A stretch of 64,000 nt of DNA from Vulcanimicrobiota bacterium (GTDB taxonomy: Bacteria > Vulcanimicrobiota > Xenobia > Xenobiales > JADMJV01), in the NCBI GenBank assembly GCA_050250895.1, contig JBFWNU010000003.1, forward strand, positions 224,001 to 288,000, given 5' to 3'. A program made the position numbers and the translations under genes. This document shows positions 25,349 through 35,700 of this stretch, piece after piece. Below the pieces are notes generated by a model. The model ran no database searches. It was not told the DNA's origin and worked only from the letters and a program-made list of their open reading frames with translations. Each line of letters begins with the position of its first letter. Within the stretch, counting starts at the first letter, position 1.

Positions 25349-27253
25349 CTAGCTGCGGTCGGCTAGCTCGAGATAGCCCTCGCCTTTGCCCTGCAGGGCT
25401 TGACCGGCTTCGATCATCTCCTGGCCCCCGCGGATGAGGCGATTGGCCTCTTGCTCGAGGAATTGAGCCTGCTGCTTGGCCTGATCGGCGGCGGCGCCCT
25501 GGTTGGCCGCTTCTTCGATGGCGGTGCGGGCCCGCAGCAGCATCTTCTGGCCGCGGTTCTGCTGGCGCAGGCCTTCCATCTCCATTTGACGGCCCCGGTT
25601 GAAGTCGACCAGTCCCTGGCCCACCCTGGCCACGCCCTGGCCGGCCACCTGAAAGCCGTTCTCGAGCCATTCGATGCCTTTGGCTTCTTGCTGATGGGCG
25701 CGGTGCTCGCGCTCCCGGGCCTGATCGAACTTGGCCAGGTTCTCGCGTTGGCCCTGGTGGATGGCGTCTTCGGCCAGAAAAGCTTCTTGCAGCTGGTCCA
25801 GGCTGCCCTGCTGGTGGCGGCCGGCCCGGTCTTCGCGCCCGCGGGCCCGGTCGAACGCGCCCAGGGCCCCGGTCTCGAGCTCGCGGCCTTCGGCCTCTTG
25901 GCTAAATCCCGACCCGATGGTGGTCTGGCCCGCTTGAATCAGCTGGGTGCCCGAGGCCACTAGCGGCAGGCCGGTCTGCTGGTGCTGCTGAGCCTGGGCC
26001 TGGGCGCGGGCGGCCAACTGGCCGTTGTGCTCGGCTTGTTCGCCGTGTTGGGCCGAGCGCGTGCGCTCGGAGCGGGCTAGCTCGGATTGGCGCGAGGCCT
26101 CGCCCGAAAGCTCGGCGGCCCGGGCCCGCAGCTGCTCGGCTTGAGCCCGCTTGGACTCGGCTTCGTCGCGCACGCGGAGGTGTTCGGCGAAGGTCTCTTT
26201 CGATTGCTCGCGTAACCCGTTGCCGTAGGCGACTTCACGGTGGCCCATCTGCTCGAGCTGTTGGCCCGTGCAGAAGTGGAAGGGGCAGGTCTGCATGTGG
26301 CGGCCCCAGCAGATGTCGGTGTGGCCCTTTTGAATCCAGTAGTTGCCCTGGCGGTCCTGCTGCTGCGAGTCGGCCAGGAGCTGGGCGGCCTGCTGGGTGA
26401 GCGGACCCACCTGGCCGTCGAGTTCGCGAGCTGCCTGTTCGAGCATCGAAGCCCGGGCGCGAGCGGCCATCGCCTGCAGGTCGCGCACGCCGGCCGAGGC
26501 CGACAGACGCACCGAGTTCAGCTGATGGCGGGTGGCCAATTGCGAGAACTCCTGGGCCGAAGCGGCCGAGAGGGCGGCCTGGTCGAGGTGCTGGGTGCCT
26601 TCGCCCACCTGGACCTGCCCCTGACCTAGTTGCTGGCGTCCCTGGTCTTTAAGGCTCGAGGCTTCGCTTTCGAGGGCGCGCCCGCGACCATAGTCGGCCA
26701 TGGCCTGGTGCTGAGCCTGCTCTGCTCGGCCTTCGATATTGAGGGCGCGCTCGAGATTCTGGCGAGCCCGGTCTTTGTTGGCCTCGATGGAGCCTTCTTG
26801 TTGGCTGGCCTGCTGATAGCGCTCGAGCTGCTTTTGCTGGCGCGCTTCGGCAGCTTGGCCCTGGGCCAGGCCGCGCGCCACCTGACGAGCGCCTTTGCCT
26901 TTGAGGTCGAGTCCCAGGCGCTGCTGGTCATAGCCGGCCTTGATGGTGTCGAGGCCGTCGCCGGCCTGGCCGAAGCCGCGCTCGAAAAGCTCGCGACCTT
27001 CGCGCAGGTGGCTGCTGCCACGGCGCTCTTTGGCCCTGGCTTTCGAGAGGTCTTGTTGGGCCTGGGCTTTGTCGGCGTCGGCCTGATGGCTTTGCTCGGC
27101 CGCTTGCTCGGCCTTTTCTGAACCGGTGGCCTGTTGCTGGCGCCCCTGCTCTTGCAGAGCCTGGCCGCGCTCGAGTTCGCGCTGGCCTTGCTCACGCAGA
27201 CGGCTGCGCAGACGCTCGACGGGACCCATATTTGTTTGACCCAGTGTGACCAT
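25349..27253 (-). CDS. Gln/Ala-rich coiled-coil hypothetical protein
   Basis: 634-aa ORF with genome-typical codons and a central Cys/His segment. Confidence 0.75.
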   Translation of the reverse strand: MVTLGQTNMGPVERLRSRLREQGQRELERGQALQEQGRQQQATGSEKAEQAAEQSHQADADKAQAQQDLSKARAKERRGSSHLREGRELFERGFGQAGDGLDTIKAGYDQQRLGLDLKGKGARQVARGLAQGQAAEARQQKQLERYQQASQQEGSIEANKDRARQNLERALNIEGRAEQAQHQAMADYGRGRALESEASSLKDQGRQQLGQGQVQVGEGTQHLDQAALSAASAQEFSQLATRHQLNSVRLSASAGVRDLQAMAARARASMLEQAARELDGQVGPLTQQAAQLLADSQQQDRQGNYWIQKGHTDICWGRHMQTCPFHFCTGQQLEQMGHREVAYGNGLREQSKETFAEHLRVRDEAESKRAQAEQLRARAAELSGEASRQSELARSERTRSAQHGEQAEHNGQLAARAQAQAQQHQQTGLPLVASGTQLIQAGQTTIGSGFSQEAEGRELETGALGAFDRARGREDRAGRHQQGSLDQLQEAFLAEDAIHQGQRENLAKFDQAREREHRAHQQEAKGIEWLENGFQVAGQGVARVGQGLVDFNRGRQMEMEGLRQQNRGQKMLLRARTAIEEAANQGAAADQAKQQAQFLEQEANRLIRGGQEMIEAGQALQGKGEGYLELADRS

Positions 27254-27376
27254 GACAGATCGTATCAGGCTTAGATTAGCATCCCCGGCCGGCCAGGACT
27301 TTGCGTTTTTGTTACAAGGGCGAGCGAGAACGAACTTCCGCTAGGAGCGCCCGCGGGCGGGGCGAAAGAGGGGGCC

Positions 27377-28501
27377 ATGTGTCGATTGGTGCTGCTATTG
27401 CTGCTGTTGAGCCAGATAGTGCTGGCCGACGAGGCCGACAACCCCGACATTCGCGTGGCTCTGCTAGCCGAGGTGCCCCAGGCCACTCTCATCGGTCGGG
27501 GCGGGCTGACGGTCAAGTCGACCAGCGCCCAGGTGCTGGCCAAACTGCCCGAGCGCGTGCAATTGAGCGCCAATTCCGGTCAGGTGAGCCTGGCCGGCAA
27601 GAAGGTTGGCCCCGAGGTGCTGGTGGTCCCGCGCCAGGGGGTGGTGGTGGTCGCCGACAAGCCTTACCGCGGCTACCTCAGGGTGGTGGCCAGTGGGGGT
27701 GGGCTGACGGTCATCAACGTGTTGCCCCTCGAGACCTACCTCAACAGCGTGCTGGGGGGCGAGGTCAACGCCAGCTGGCCAGCCGAGACGCTCAAGGCCT
27801 GTGCCGTGGCCTCACGGACTTATGCCTACTTCATGATGAGCCGCTCGCGCGACCGGGCCTTTGACGTGGTGGCCAGCGTCATGGACCAGGTCTATCCCGG
27901 GGTGGGGGGCGAGGCACCCTCCATCAGCGTCGCCGTGGCCGCCACCCGGGGACGCATTCTGGCCAACGGCAGGGGCCAGGTGTTGAAATCCTACTTCAGC
28001 TCTTGTTGCGGAGGACACACGGCCGATTCGGCCACCGTTTTCGGCGAGAAGGTACCCCATCTCAAGGGAGTCGAGGATCCGTTCTGCCTGGGCGCCCCCA
28101 ACTCGACCTGGACCGAAATCTTCTCGGTGGAGGACATCCGCCAGGCGCTGGCGCGAGTGGGTAAGAAACTCGACCGCATCACCAGCCTCAAGGTCGAGGC
28201 CTACGACGAATCGGGTCGTATCAAGACGCTGGTGGCCCAGGATGCCAGGGGTGGCAAGGGCGTGCTCAAAGGCAGCGAGTTGCGCAAGCTGCTGGGCTTT
28301 ACCCGCCTCAAAGGCACCCGCTGCCAGGTCGAAGCCGTGGGCGATCCGCCCCAGAGCGTGCGCTTTCAAGGGGGCGGCTTTGGCCACGGAGTCGGCATGT
28401 GCCAGTGGGGAGCCCACGAGATGGGAGTCCAGGGTTTTAGCTATAAAGAGATTCTGGGCCACTACTACGTCGGGGCCTACCTCAAGAAGCTGGGGACTTA
28501 G
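27377..28501 (+). CDS. SpoIID/LytB domain protein (lytic transglycosylase)
   Basis: YRG..., LETYLNSVLGGE, LKACAVASRTYA, GGGFGHGVGMCQWGA, ILGHYY. Confidence 0.92.
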   Translation: MCRLVLLLLLLSQIVLADEADNPDIRVALLAEVPQATLIGRGGLTVKSTSAQVLAKLPERVQLSANSGQVSLAGKKVGPEVLVVPRQGVVVVADKPYRGYLRVVASGGGLTVINVLPLETYLNSVLGGEVNASWPAETLKACAVASRTYAYFMMSRSRDRAFDVVASVMDQVYPGVGGEAPSISVAVAATRGRILANGRGQVLKSYFSSCCGGHTADSATVFGEKVPHLKGVEDPFCLGAPNSTWTEIFSVEDIRQALARVGKKLDRITSLKVEAYDESGRIKTLVAQDARGGKGVLKGSELRKLLGFTRLKGTRCQVEAVGDPPQSVRFQGGGFGHGVGMCQWGAHEMGVQGFSYKEILGHYYVGAYLKKLGT

Positions 28502-29577
28502 AACGATTCGGCCATGGCCGGTAGGGTCGAGGCCCAGAGTGCTTCTCCGAGACCGAGTCGGCGCGGGGTGAGGTAGCCTGAATAGAGGGCCGCCAGTTGA
28601 CCGATAGAAAGCGGGTGTTGGCCACTGCCGCCGGGCTCGAGCCGGCCCACTCCGTCTTCGATACTCAGCCGGTAAGGTCCGGCGTTCTCTTCGAAGATCG
28701 AATCGCTCAGCCGCAGCTCGGCCTCGAGCCTGGCCTGGACGGGGAAGGGGCGGGCGGCGAAGGCGGCCACCGGGTCGACCAGGCGCAACATCCAGGTGTG
28801 GGGGATCGAGATGGCGCAAGATTGCTCGGGCAGAGCGTCGACGATAGGGTCGGGCAGACCGCCCCACCAGCGCAGGTTGCGCCCCAGCGAGCGATGGTTG
28901 CCGAGAAAGGCGATGAGGGCGTCGCGGGCGGTGTCGGTGTGAACGGCGTAATCGTGCAGGGTGAGATCGTGGTAGCCCTCGCTGAGAGCGGTCTGGCTGA
29001 CCAGGAAATAGCCGGTGGGCTGGTCTTCCACGATGAGATAGGCCCGCGGTCGAGGGCCTCGGTGGGGCTCGAGCAACCGGCTCCACATTTGCTGGCCGCG
29101 CACCAGGTAGCCGTCGCGCTGGCTAGCCCAGCGGTCATACAGCGGCGCCAGTGCGGCGGGTCCGGCCAGCTCGAGGCTGGCTTTAGCTCGCGGGGTCGGA
29201 AGGCTGGCCAGGGGCAGCTCGAACTGATAGCGCACTCCGGCCCGCTCGTAGCCGGCTTTGCGATAGACCGGCTCGGTGGCGGGATAAAGGGTCGACAGGC
29301 TCAGGCCGCGGTCGCGTTCCTTGCGCAACATCTGGGCCAGCAGCCGGGAGGCCAGGCCCCGGCCCCGATGTTGGGGGGCGATAGCCACCCCGGCCACTCC
29401 CCCGCCGGCTACGGCCCCCCCGCGCCACCAGTGGCCTGTCTCGAACACTCCCAGCAAGCCCTGGTCGTCGACATAGTGAAGCCCGTCGGGCCCGAGCAGG
29501 GCCAACCACTCGAGGGCCCCCTCGACCGGCATGGCAAAGGCAAGAGAGAGAATTTCGGCGGCCTGGGCGCGGTGCAT
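28498..29577 (-). CDS. Eis-family GNAT acetyltransferase
   Basis: VAIAPQHRGRGLA, LYPATEPVYRKAGYE, C-terminal SCP2-like region. Confidence 0.88.
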   Translation of the reverse strand: MHRAQAAEILSLAFAMPVEGALEWLALLGPDGLHYVDDQGLLGVFETGHWWRGGAVAGGGVAGVAIAPQHRGRGLASRLLAQMLRKERDRGLSLSTLYPATEPVYRKAGYERAGVRYQFELPLASLPTPRAKASLELAGPAALAPLYDRWASQRDGYLVRGQQMWSRLLEPHRGPRPRAYLIVEDQPTGYFLVSQTALSEGYHDLTLHDYAVHTDTARDALIAFLGNHRSLGRNLRWWGGLPDPIVDALPEQSCAISIPHTWMLRLVDPVAAFAARPFPVQARLEAELRLSDSIFEENAGPYRLSIEDGVGRLEPGGSGQHPLSIGQLAALYSGYLTPRRLGLGEALWASTLPAMAESF

Positions 29578-29638
29578 GGGCGCAGCTTTCCTCCTCGGGC
29601 CGGAAGGCCCCTACCTCAGGGCATGCGAAGAGGCGCCC

Positions 29639-29842
29639 ATGGAAGTCAAGTGGGATGTCCACAACGGACGTACGATTCTCAACGGACAGTCGGGCAACTA
29701 TGTGTGCCCGCACGAGGTGCCCATCGGCAACGACATGGGCATCATCTATCGCATCTATGTTCAGGGCCAGTCGCGCGAGACGCGCAAGACCGAAGAGGTG
29801 GCCAAGAAGCGCCTAGTCGAGCTGGTAGAGCGACTGGGCTAG
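29639..29842 (+). CDS. small hypothetical protein (67 aa)
   Basis: GAGG RBS; MEVKWDVHNGRTILNG...; overlaps the tkt 3' end convergently. Confidence 0.55.
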   Translation: MEVKWDVHNGRTILNGQSGNYVCPHEVPIGNDMGIIYRIYVQGQSRETRKTEEVAKKRLVELVERLG

Positions 29843-31705
29843 GGCCACCACCGCTTCGGCCGTAAAGCCGTAGTCGCGCATCAACTCTTCGCCCCGCCCC
29901 GAGGCGCCGAAGCGCTCGAGCGAGAGCACGGCCCCGCGGCCGCCGACTAACTCATGCCAGCCCAGGCGCGAGGCCGCCTCGACGGCTATCCGCAGGGGCG
30001 GTCCCAGCACCTGGTCGCGATAGCTCTGGGGCTGGGCGAAGAAGAGCTCCCAACAGGGCAGGCTGACCACCTGAGTGGGTACACCCGCTTGTTCGAGGGC
30101 CTGGCGGGCCTCGAGACACAGGTGAACCTCGGAGCCGCTGGCCAACAGGCACACCGCCGGCTGGCTAGAGGCCTCGCTGACCACATAACCACCCCGAGCA
30201 AGTTGCGGCGCGACGCCGAGGCCGGGAAGGGTCTGGCGACTGAGCACCAGCACGCTGGGGCCGGTCTGGTGCGCCAGAGCCTGAGACCACGCCTGCGTTG
30301 TCTCGTTGCCATCGGCGGGGCGGATCACCTGGCAATTTGGCAAGGCCCGCAGGGCGGCCAATTGCTCTACCGGCTGGTGAGTGGGTCCGTCCTCACCCAG
30401 GGCCAGGCTGTCGTGACTGAATACGAAGAGGCTGGGCAGCCCGGCCAGGGCGGCCAGGCGAATGGCCGGCTTCATGTAGTCGGAGAAGGCGAAATAGGTC
30501 GAGCAAAAGGCGCGCAGCCCCCCGTGGGCCACCAGACCGTTGGTGATGGCCGCCATGGCCTGCTCGCGCACTCCAAAGCGCAGATTGCGGCCGCTGCGGT
30601 TGGTGCGGCTAAAGTCGCCGTGACCGGTCAGATAAGTGTTGGTCGAGCCGGCCAGGTCGGCTGAGCCTCCCACCAGGTTGGGACAGACCTCGGCCAACCA
30701 CTGCAAGACCTGGCCCGAGGCCACCCGGGTGGCGATGGGCTGCTCGAAGTGGGGGCCGGCCTCGGGTAGTCGATCGTAGGATGCCCAGGGCTGCCAGTGG
30801 CGATAAAGATCCTGGCCCACCCGCCTTTGCTCGACGGCCAGTTCGGCTAGAGCCGCCGCGATCTCGAAGCTCTGATCGGGGTCCAGGCCCAGCACTTCTT
30901 TGGTGGCCCGGATCTCGGCCGAGCTAAAGGGCGGGCTGTGAGCTTCGGGCCGCCCCTGCATGCCCGGCGACGGAAAGCCGATGGTGGTGCGGACCCGGAT
31001 CAGGCTGGGACGGCGATCGCGTTGGGCCAGACCGACCGCCTTCTCGAGCCCGGCCAGGTCTTCGCCGTCGGCCTCGAGCACGTGCCAGCCGTAGGCCTGA
31101 TAGCGCAGAGTCACGTCTTCGGAAAAGCACAGTTCGAGCGGACCGTCGATGGTGACCTGGTTCGAGTCGTAAAAGACGATGAGTTTGCCCAGACCGAGAT
31201 GACCGGCCAGCGAACTGGCTTCGGAGGTGATCCCCTCCATCAGGTCCCCGTCTGAGGCCAGCACATAAGTGTAGTGATCGACCCGCCGGCCGAAGCGAGC
31301 CGCCAGCATACATTCGGCGATGGCCATCCCCACGGCCGCAGCCAGACCCTGGCCCAGCGGCCCGGTCGAGAAGTCGACCCCGGGGGTGACCCAGCTCTCG
31401 GGATGACCGGGAGTCTTGCTGCCGGGCTGCCGAAATTGCTTGAGGTCCTCGAGGCTCAAGGCGTAGCCGGTCAGATGCAGCAGGCCATAGAGCAGCACAC
31501 AGGCGTGCCCGTTGGAGAGGACGAAACGGTCGCGGTCGGGCCAGTCGGGATGTTCGGGCGAATGCTTGAGCAAGCGCGAATAGAGCAGCCACCCCAACGG
31601 CGCGCAGGCCAGGGCCGTGCCCGAGTGCCCACTGTCGGCGCTGCGAGGCATATCCAGCGCCAGACCCCGCAGGGTGGCGATAGCCAGACGATCGAGTTCG
31701 GTCAT
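29813..31705 (-). CDS. tkt: transketolase
   Basis: SGHSG, DRDRFVLSNGH, TPGHPE, GDLMEG, FGVRE, EDGPTHQP; true start MTELDR at 31705. Confidence 0.95.
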   Translation of the reverse strand: MTELDRLAIATLRGLALDMPRSADSGHSGTALACAPLGWLLYSRLLKHSPEHPDWPDRDRFVLSNGHACVLLYGLLHLTGYALSLEDLKQFRQPGSKTPGHPESWVTPGVDFSTGPLGQGLAAAVGMAIAECMLAARFGRRVDHYTYVLASDGDLMEGITSEASSLAGHLGLGKLIVFYDSNQVTIDGPLELCFSEDVTLRYQAYGWHVLEADGEDLAGLEKAVGLAQRDRRPSLIRVRTTIGFPSPGMQGRPEAHSPPFSSAEIRATKEVLGLDPDQSFEIAAALAELAVEQRRVGQDLYRHWQPWASYDRLPEAGPHFEQPIATRVASGQVLQWLAEVCPNLVGGSADLAGSTNTYLTGHGDFSRTNRSGRNLRFGVREQAMAAITNGLVAHGGLRAFCSTYFAFSDYMKPAIRLAALAGLPSLFVFSHDSLALGEDGPTHQPVEQLAALRALPNCQVIRPADGNETTQAWSQALAHQTGPSVLVLSRQTLPGLGVAPQLARGGYVVSEASSQPAVCLLASGSEVHLCLEARQALEQAGVPTQVVSLPCWELFFAQPQSYRDQVLGPPLRIAVEAASRLGWHELVGGRGAVLSLERFGASGRGEELMRDYGFTAEAVVALAQSLYQLD

Positions 31706-32238
31706 GCCAGCCTGGCTCGCACTTCCATCAAGGCAAAGCCCAACAGATTTTGGCCCCGCCAGCGAGCCGGCTCGGCTGCGTCGGGATGATCGGCCGGAAG
31801 ACCAATGCCCCAGATCCGATCGCGGGGGCTGGCCTCGACCAGGATGCGCTGGCCAGTGGCCATCAGAAATTGGGTCAGGTCGGGCTGACTCGAAAACTTG
31901 GCCAGATTGCCGCGCACCACGATGTCGAAACGGTGGGCCTGCCAGGTGGCCTCGTCGAATTCGGCCACCTGGGCTCCCAGGCTCTTGGCCCGATGAGGAT
32001 GAGGACTGGCCAGGATCTCGGCCAGTTTCTGGTGGTCGCCGAAGAGCCGGGCCTTCTCGGCCATCATATAGTGCTCGGCCGTCGAGTAGGTCACTCCGTC
32101 GAGCCGGAACTCGGACGGCCACCACTGACTCAGGCAACCCGGGCCCAGGCCGCCGCCGGGCCGGGGCTGGTGACCCCAGAAGAACAGGAATTTGGGCAGC
32201 GGCCCGGGATGGGCCAGCAACTCTGCCAGGTTGCGCAT
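31702..32238 (-). CDS. NADAR (YbiA/RibX-like) family protein
   Basis: FLFFWGH, CLSQWW, AEHYMM, LVEASPRDRIWGIG, GQNLLG. Confidence 0.92.
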   Translation of the reverse strand: MRNLAELLAHPGPLPKFLFFWGHQPRPGGGLGPGCLSQWWPSEFRLDGVTYSTAEHYMMAEKARLFGDHQKLAEILASPHPHRAKSLGAQVAEFDEATWQAHRFDIVVRGNLAKFSSQPDLTQFLMATGQRILVEASPRDRIWGIGLPADHPDAAEPARWRGQNLLGFALMEVRARLA

Positions 32239-32318
32239 GCACGCTCATACGACGGTCCTGGTTTCGACCCTCCGTCAGAAGCCACAGGAGCTTATCGCAA
32301 AAGGGCGAAACCGGCTTC

Positions 32319-32732
32319 ATGGGCAAGGTCAAAATCCTCTTGATCGAAGACAGCGCCGAGGATATCGAGCTCACCCGCGAAGCCTTTCTTGAGCTCTGTC
32401 CCTCGGTCGAGCTCCTGACGGCTCGCGACGGTGCCACGGCCATGGAGATTTTGCGGGCTGGCGATACGCCCAGTCTGGTTTTGCTCGATCTCAACCTGCC
32501 CCGCATGAATGGTCGCGAGGTCTTGCGCGAGATCAAATCCGACCCCCAGCTGGCCACGATTCCCGTCATCATTTTGACCACCTCGAGCGCCAACGACGAT
32601 GTGCTCGAGGCTTACCGCAACCACGCCAACTGCTATCTGACCAAACCGCTCCATTTCGAACAGTTTCTCGAGCAGATGCGTGGGCTTCACCGTTTCTGGG
32701 GCGAGCTGGCCAAGCTGCCGCCGGCCAGCTGA
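32319..32732 (+). CDS. response regulator (Rcp1-like)
   Basis: LLIEDSAED, LLDLNLPRMNG, ILTTS, ANCYLTKP. Confidence 0.92.
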   Translation: MGKVKILLIEDSAEDIELTREAFLELCPSVELLTARDGATAMEILRAGDTPSLVLLDLNLPRMNGREVLREIKSDPQLATIPVIILTTSSANDDVLEAYRNHANCYLTKPLHFEQFLEQMRGLHRFWGELAKLPPAS

Positions 32733-32780
32733 CTCATAGATTCTAGGATTTGGCTGACCCGAGCTTGAATTGCTCGACCC

Positions 32781-35700
32781 ATGAACGCCAGGAGAACCAG
32801 TTGGGGGGCGGCACTACTCGTGCTGTCTCTTGTTTTATTAGCATCCACCCGGCCGAGTTTGGCCCAGAGCCGGCTGCTCGCCCTCTACAAGAGCAGCGAG
32901 GGGGTCAACGCCGAGAATTGTGAGATCCGCACCTATCTCGCTCCCATTCTCGAGCGCTTAGGCTGGCAGATCGACTATCACGACGTCATCAGCGGACTAC
33001 CTCCCGAATCGACCATGAAGAACTACGGGGCGGTGGTGGCCTGGTATCGCGGGCCGGTGATGCCCAACGCCCTCAACTATGTGACCTGGCTGCGCGACCA
33101 GGTGACGGCCGGGCGCCGCGTCGTTCTGTTCGGCAACTTCGGAGCTCATAACGACGGAGCCAACTGGCTCTCTCCTGAGCAACTCAACGTCTTCTTCCAG
33201 CCCTTCGGCCTGGACTACCAGGCCCAATACTCCAACGATCCCTCGCAGATCAAGGTGGCCAGCAAGGACCCCAAAATGGTCGAGGCCGAGCTGCCCATCC
33301 CTTCGCCGCCGCCTCTGTTCGTGCTCTTCAAGAGCCCGGCGTCCACCAACCACAACTACCTGGTGCTCGAGCGCAAGGACCTGCCCGATAGCCAGAGCGC
33401 CATGGTGGTCACCACCCCCAGGGGTGGCATGGCCCAGGAACTCTACTTGCTCGAAGCGACCAATAGCGGTATCCAATGGCACCTCGACCGGGAAGACTTT
33501 CTGATGTCGGCTCTCGGCCACAAGATGGTCGACCGACCGACGGCCGTGGCTCCCGCTCCCGCCCCGGTGGCCGCCCCGGCCCCCCCGAGTCCGAAGTTGC
33601 CGGGCGGCGCCCCGCGTATTCTGGGCCTGTTTCGCTCGAGCGAGGGAGCCAGCCTCGAGAACAACGAGATGCGCCTGTTCGCCGAGCGGCCGCTGGCCGA
33701 ACTCGGCTACGCCCTCGACTACTACGACATCGACCAGGGCCTGCCCACGGCCGACCGGATGGCTGGCTACAAGGGGGTCATGACCTGGTATCGCAGCCCC
33801 ACCATCCGCGGCGCCAAAGCGTATATCGAGTGGCTGCTCAACCAGATTCTGGCCGGCCGCAAGGTCATCATCATGGGCAACATGGGCGTCTTTCAAGAGA
33901 TGGTCCAGTCCGACAAGGGCGAAATCGGTCGTTTCTTGCTGGGCCAGGAGTACAATCGCTTTCTCTATCCCTTCGGCCTCGAATTTCGGGCCGACTGGAC
34001 CAACGACAAGAAGACCGTCCAGGTGGTTCATCGGGACCAGCAGATGGTGCCTTTCTTGCCCCCTGAAACGGTCGGCCATTTCCACCTTTTCCGCTCGGTC
34101 GACCCCCGCAACCAGGCCTATTTGACCCTGCGGCGCACCGACCAGCAAGAGAGCGAGAGCGCCGTCATCGTGCGCACGCCCTACGGCGGCATGGCGCTCG
34201 AGAGTTACATCTTCTACCAGGAGCCGTCCACCTATAAGGTCACCATGCACCTGGATATGAAGCAGTTCCTCAACGATTGTCTGAGTTTCCAGGCCGGGGC
34301 GCCACCTCAGAAGATTCAGCTGACCGTCACTCCCAGCCAACGGCCGGGGGCACGCCACCTGGACCCTCCGGCCTATCCCGCTGACGTGAAGCCGATCCAG
34401 CGGCGGGTGCTGGCCTTTTATCAGCGGGACAAGAAGGAGGTGCCGCGTTTCAATTCGGCCCATACCCGCTGCCAGACCGTGCTCGATTATCTGGGCGTGG
34501 CGGTGGATTATCGGCCCGTCGAGGACCCTCTGCCCACCGAGGCCGAAATGGAGAAATATCGGGGCGTCCTGTGCTGGTTCACCGAGGACAATATGGTCGG
34601 CGCCCACAGGTTCAACACCTGGCTCGCGGCTCAGATGAAAGCCGGGCGCAAGGTCATCCTGCTGGGTACTTATGCGGCCGCCTCCGAAACCTCGGATCGT
34701 AGCCTGACCGATCCCCGTCCCGTGTTCTCCGAGTTGGGCATCGCCTACAGCACCGTCGGCAGCACCCCCACCCTGCCCGGCAGTGACGCCTTCAACAAGG
34801 TCGAGTTGCGAGGGCAGAAGATCGTCAGCCTCGACGAGTCGATGATGAACTGGGAGGAGAAGGTCGACCTGTCGGCTCCTGACCTGGCCAAGGCCTTCTG
34901 GCCATCCATCCGCTCGGTCGATCCCAAGAACAAGGTCTATTTGACGGTGGCCGACTCGCGGGGCGAGGCCGATGTGGTGGTGATCTCGCCCAAGGGGGCC
35001 ATCGCCATGGGCAACTTTCCCGGCACCCAACCTCGCGGAGACACTCTCACCGACCGGGTCTCGGGTTTTCGAGGCGACCACGGCCAGGACCGCAAGATCG
35101 CCGAAGACGAAGAGACCATCCCGGCCGCCTGGCGTCTGGACCCGTTCAAGTTCTTTACCGAGGCGCTCGAACTCGAGGAGCTGCCTCGCCCCGACATGAG
35201 CACCCTCAACGGCCACCGCATCTTCTACAGCCACATCGACGGCGACGCCTTTCGCGGAATCTCGCTGACCGACCGGGTCAGTTTCAACGGAGAGGTGATG
35301 TATCGCGAGGTCCTTTCGAAGTATCCCCTGCCGGTCACGGTCAGCTACGTGACCTCTGACATCGAGAAATACCTGGGCGATTACTACTGCCGCGAGTTGA
35401 GTTCGGCGCGCGAGATCATGGAACTCGACAACGTCGAGCCGGCCACGCACACTCACACCCACCCCTTCGACTGGCAACACGGCGACATGGAGGTGGTCAG
35501 CAAGAATCCGGTCCGTCTCGAACTTCGGCCTATCGACCTCGAGCGCGAGATCCATCACTCCATCGATTTCCTCAACCAGGCGCTGCTGCCGCCCGATAAG
35601 CACTGCCGCATCCTGCTCTGGTCGGGACGCTGCAACCCCACCCCAGAAGCCCTCAAGCTGGTGCGCGAGATGGGCATTCCCAACCTCAACGGCGGCGACC

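Noticed and set aside
31617-32318. N-terminal extension of the response regulator
   Set aside because: Antisense to NADAR; the receiver domain starts at 32319
31706-32593. Apparent ~295-aa N-terminal extension of transketolase
   Set aside because: Overlaps the real NADAR and response regulator genes; transketolase homology begins at MTELDR (31705)
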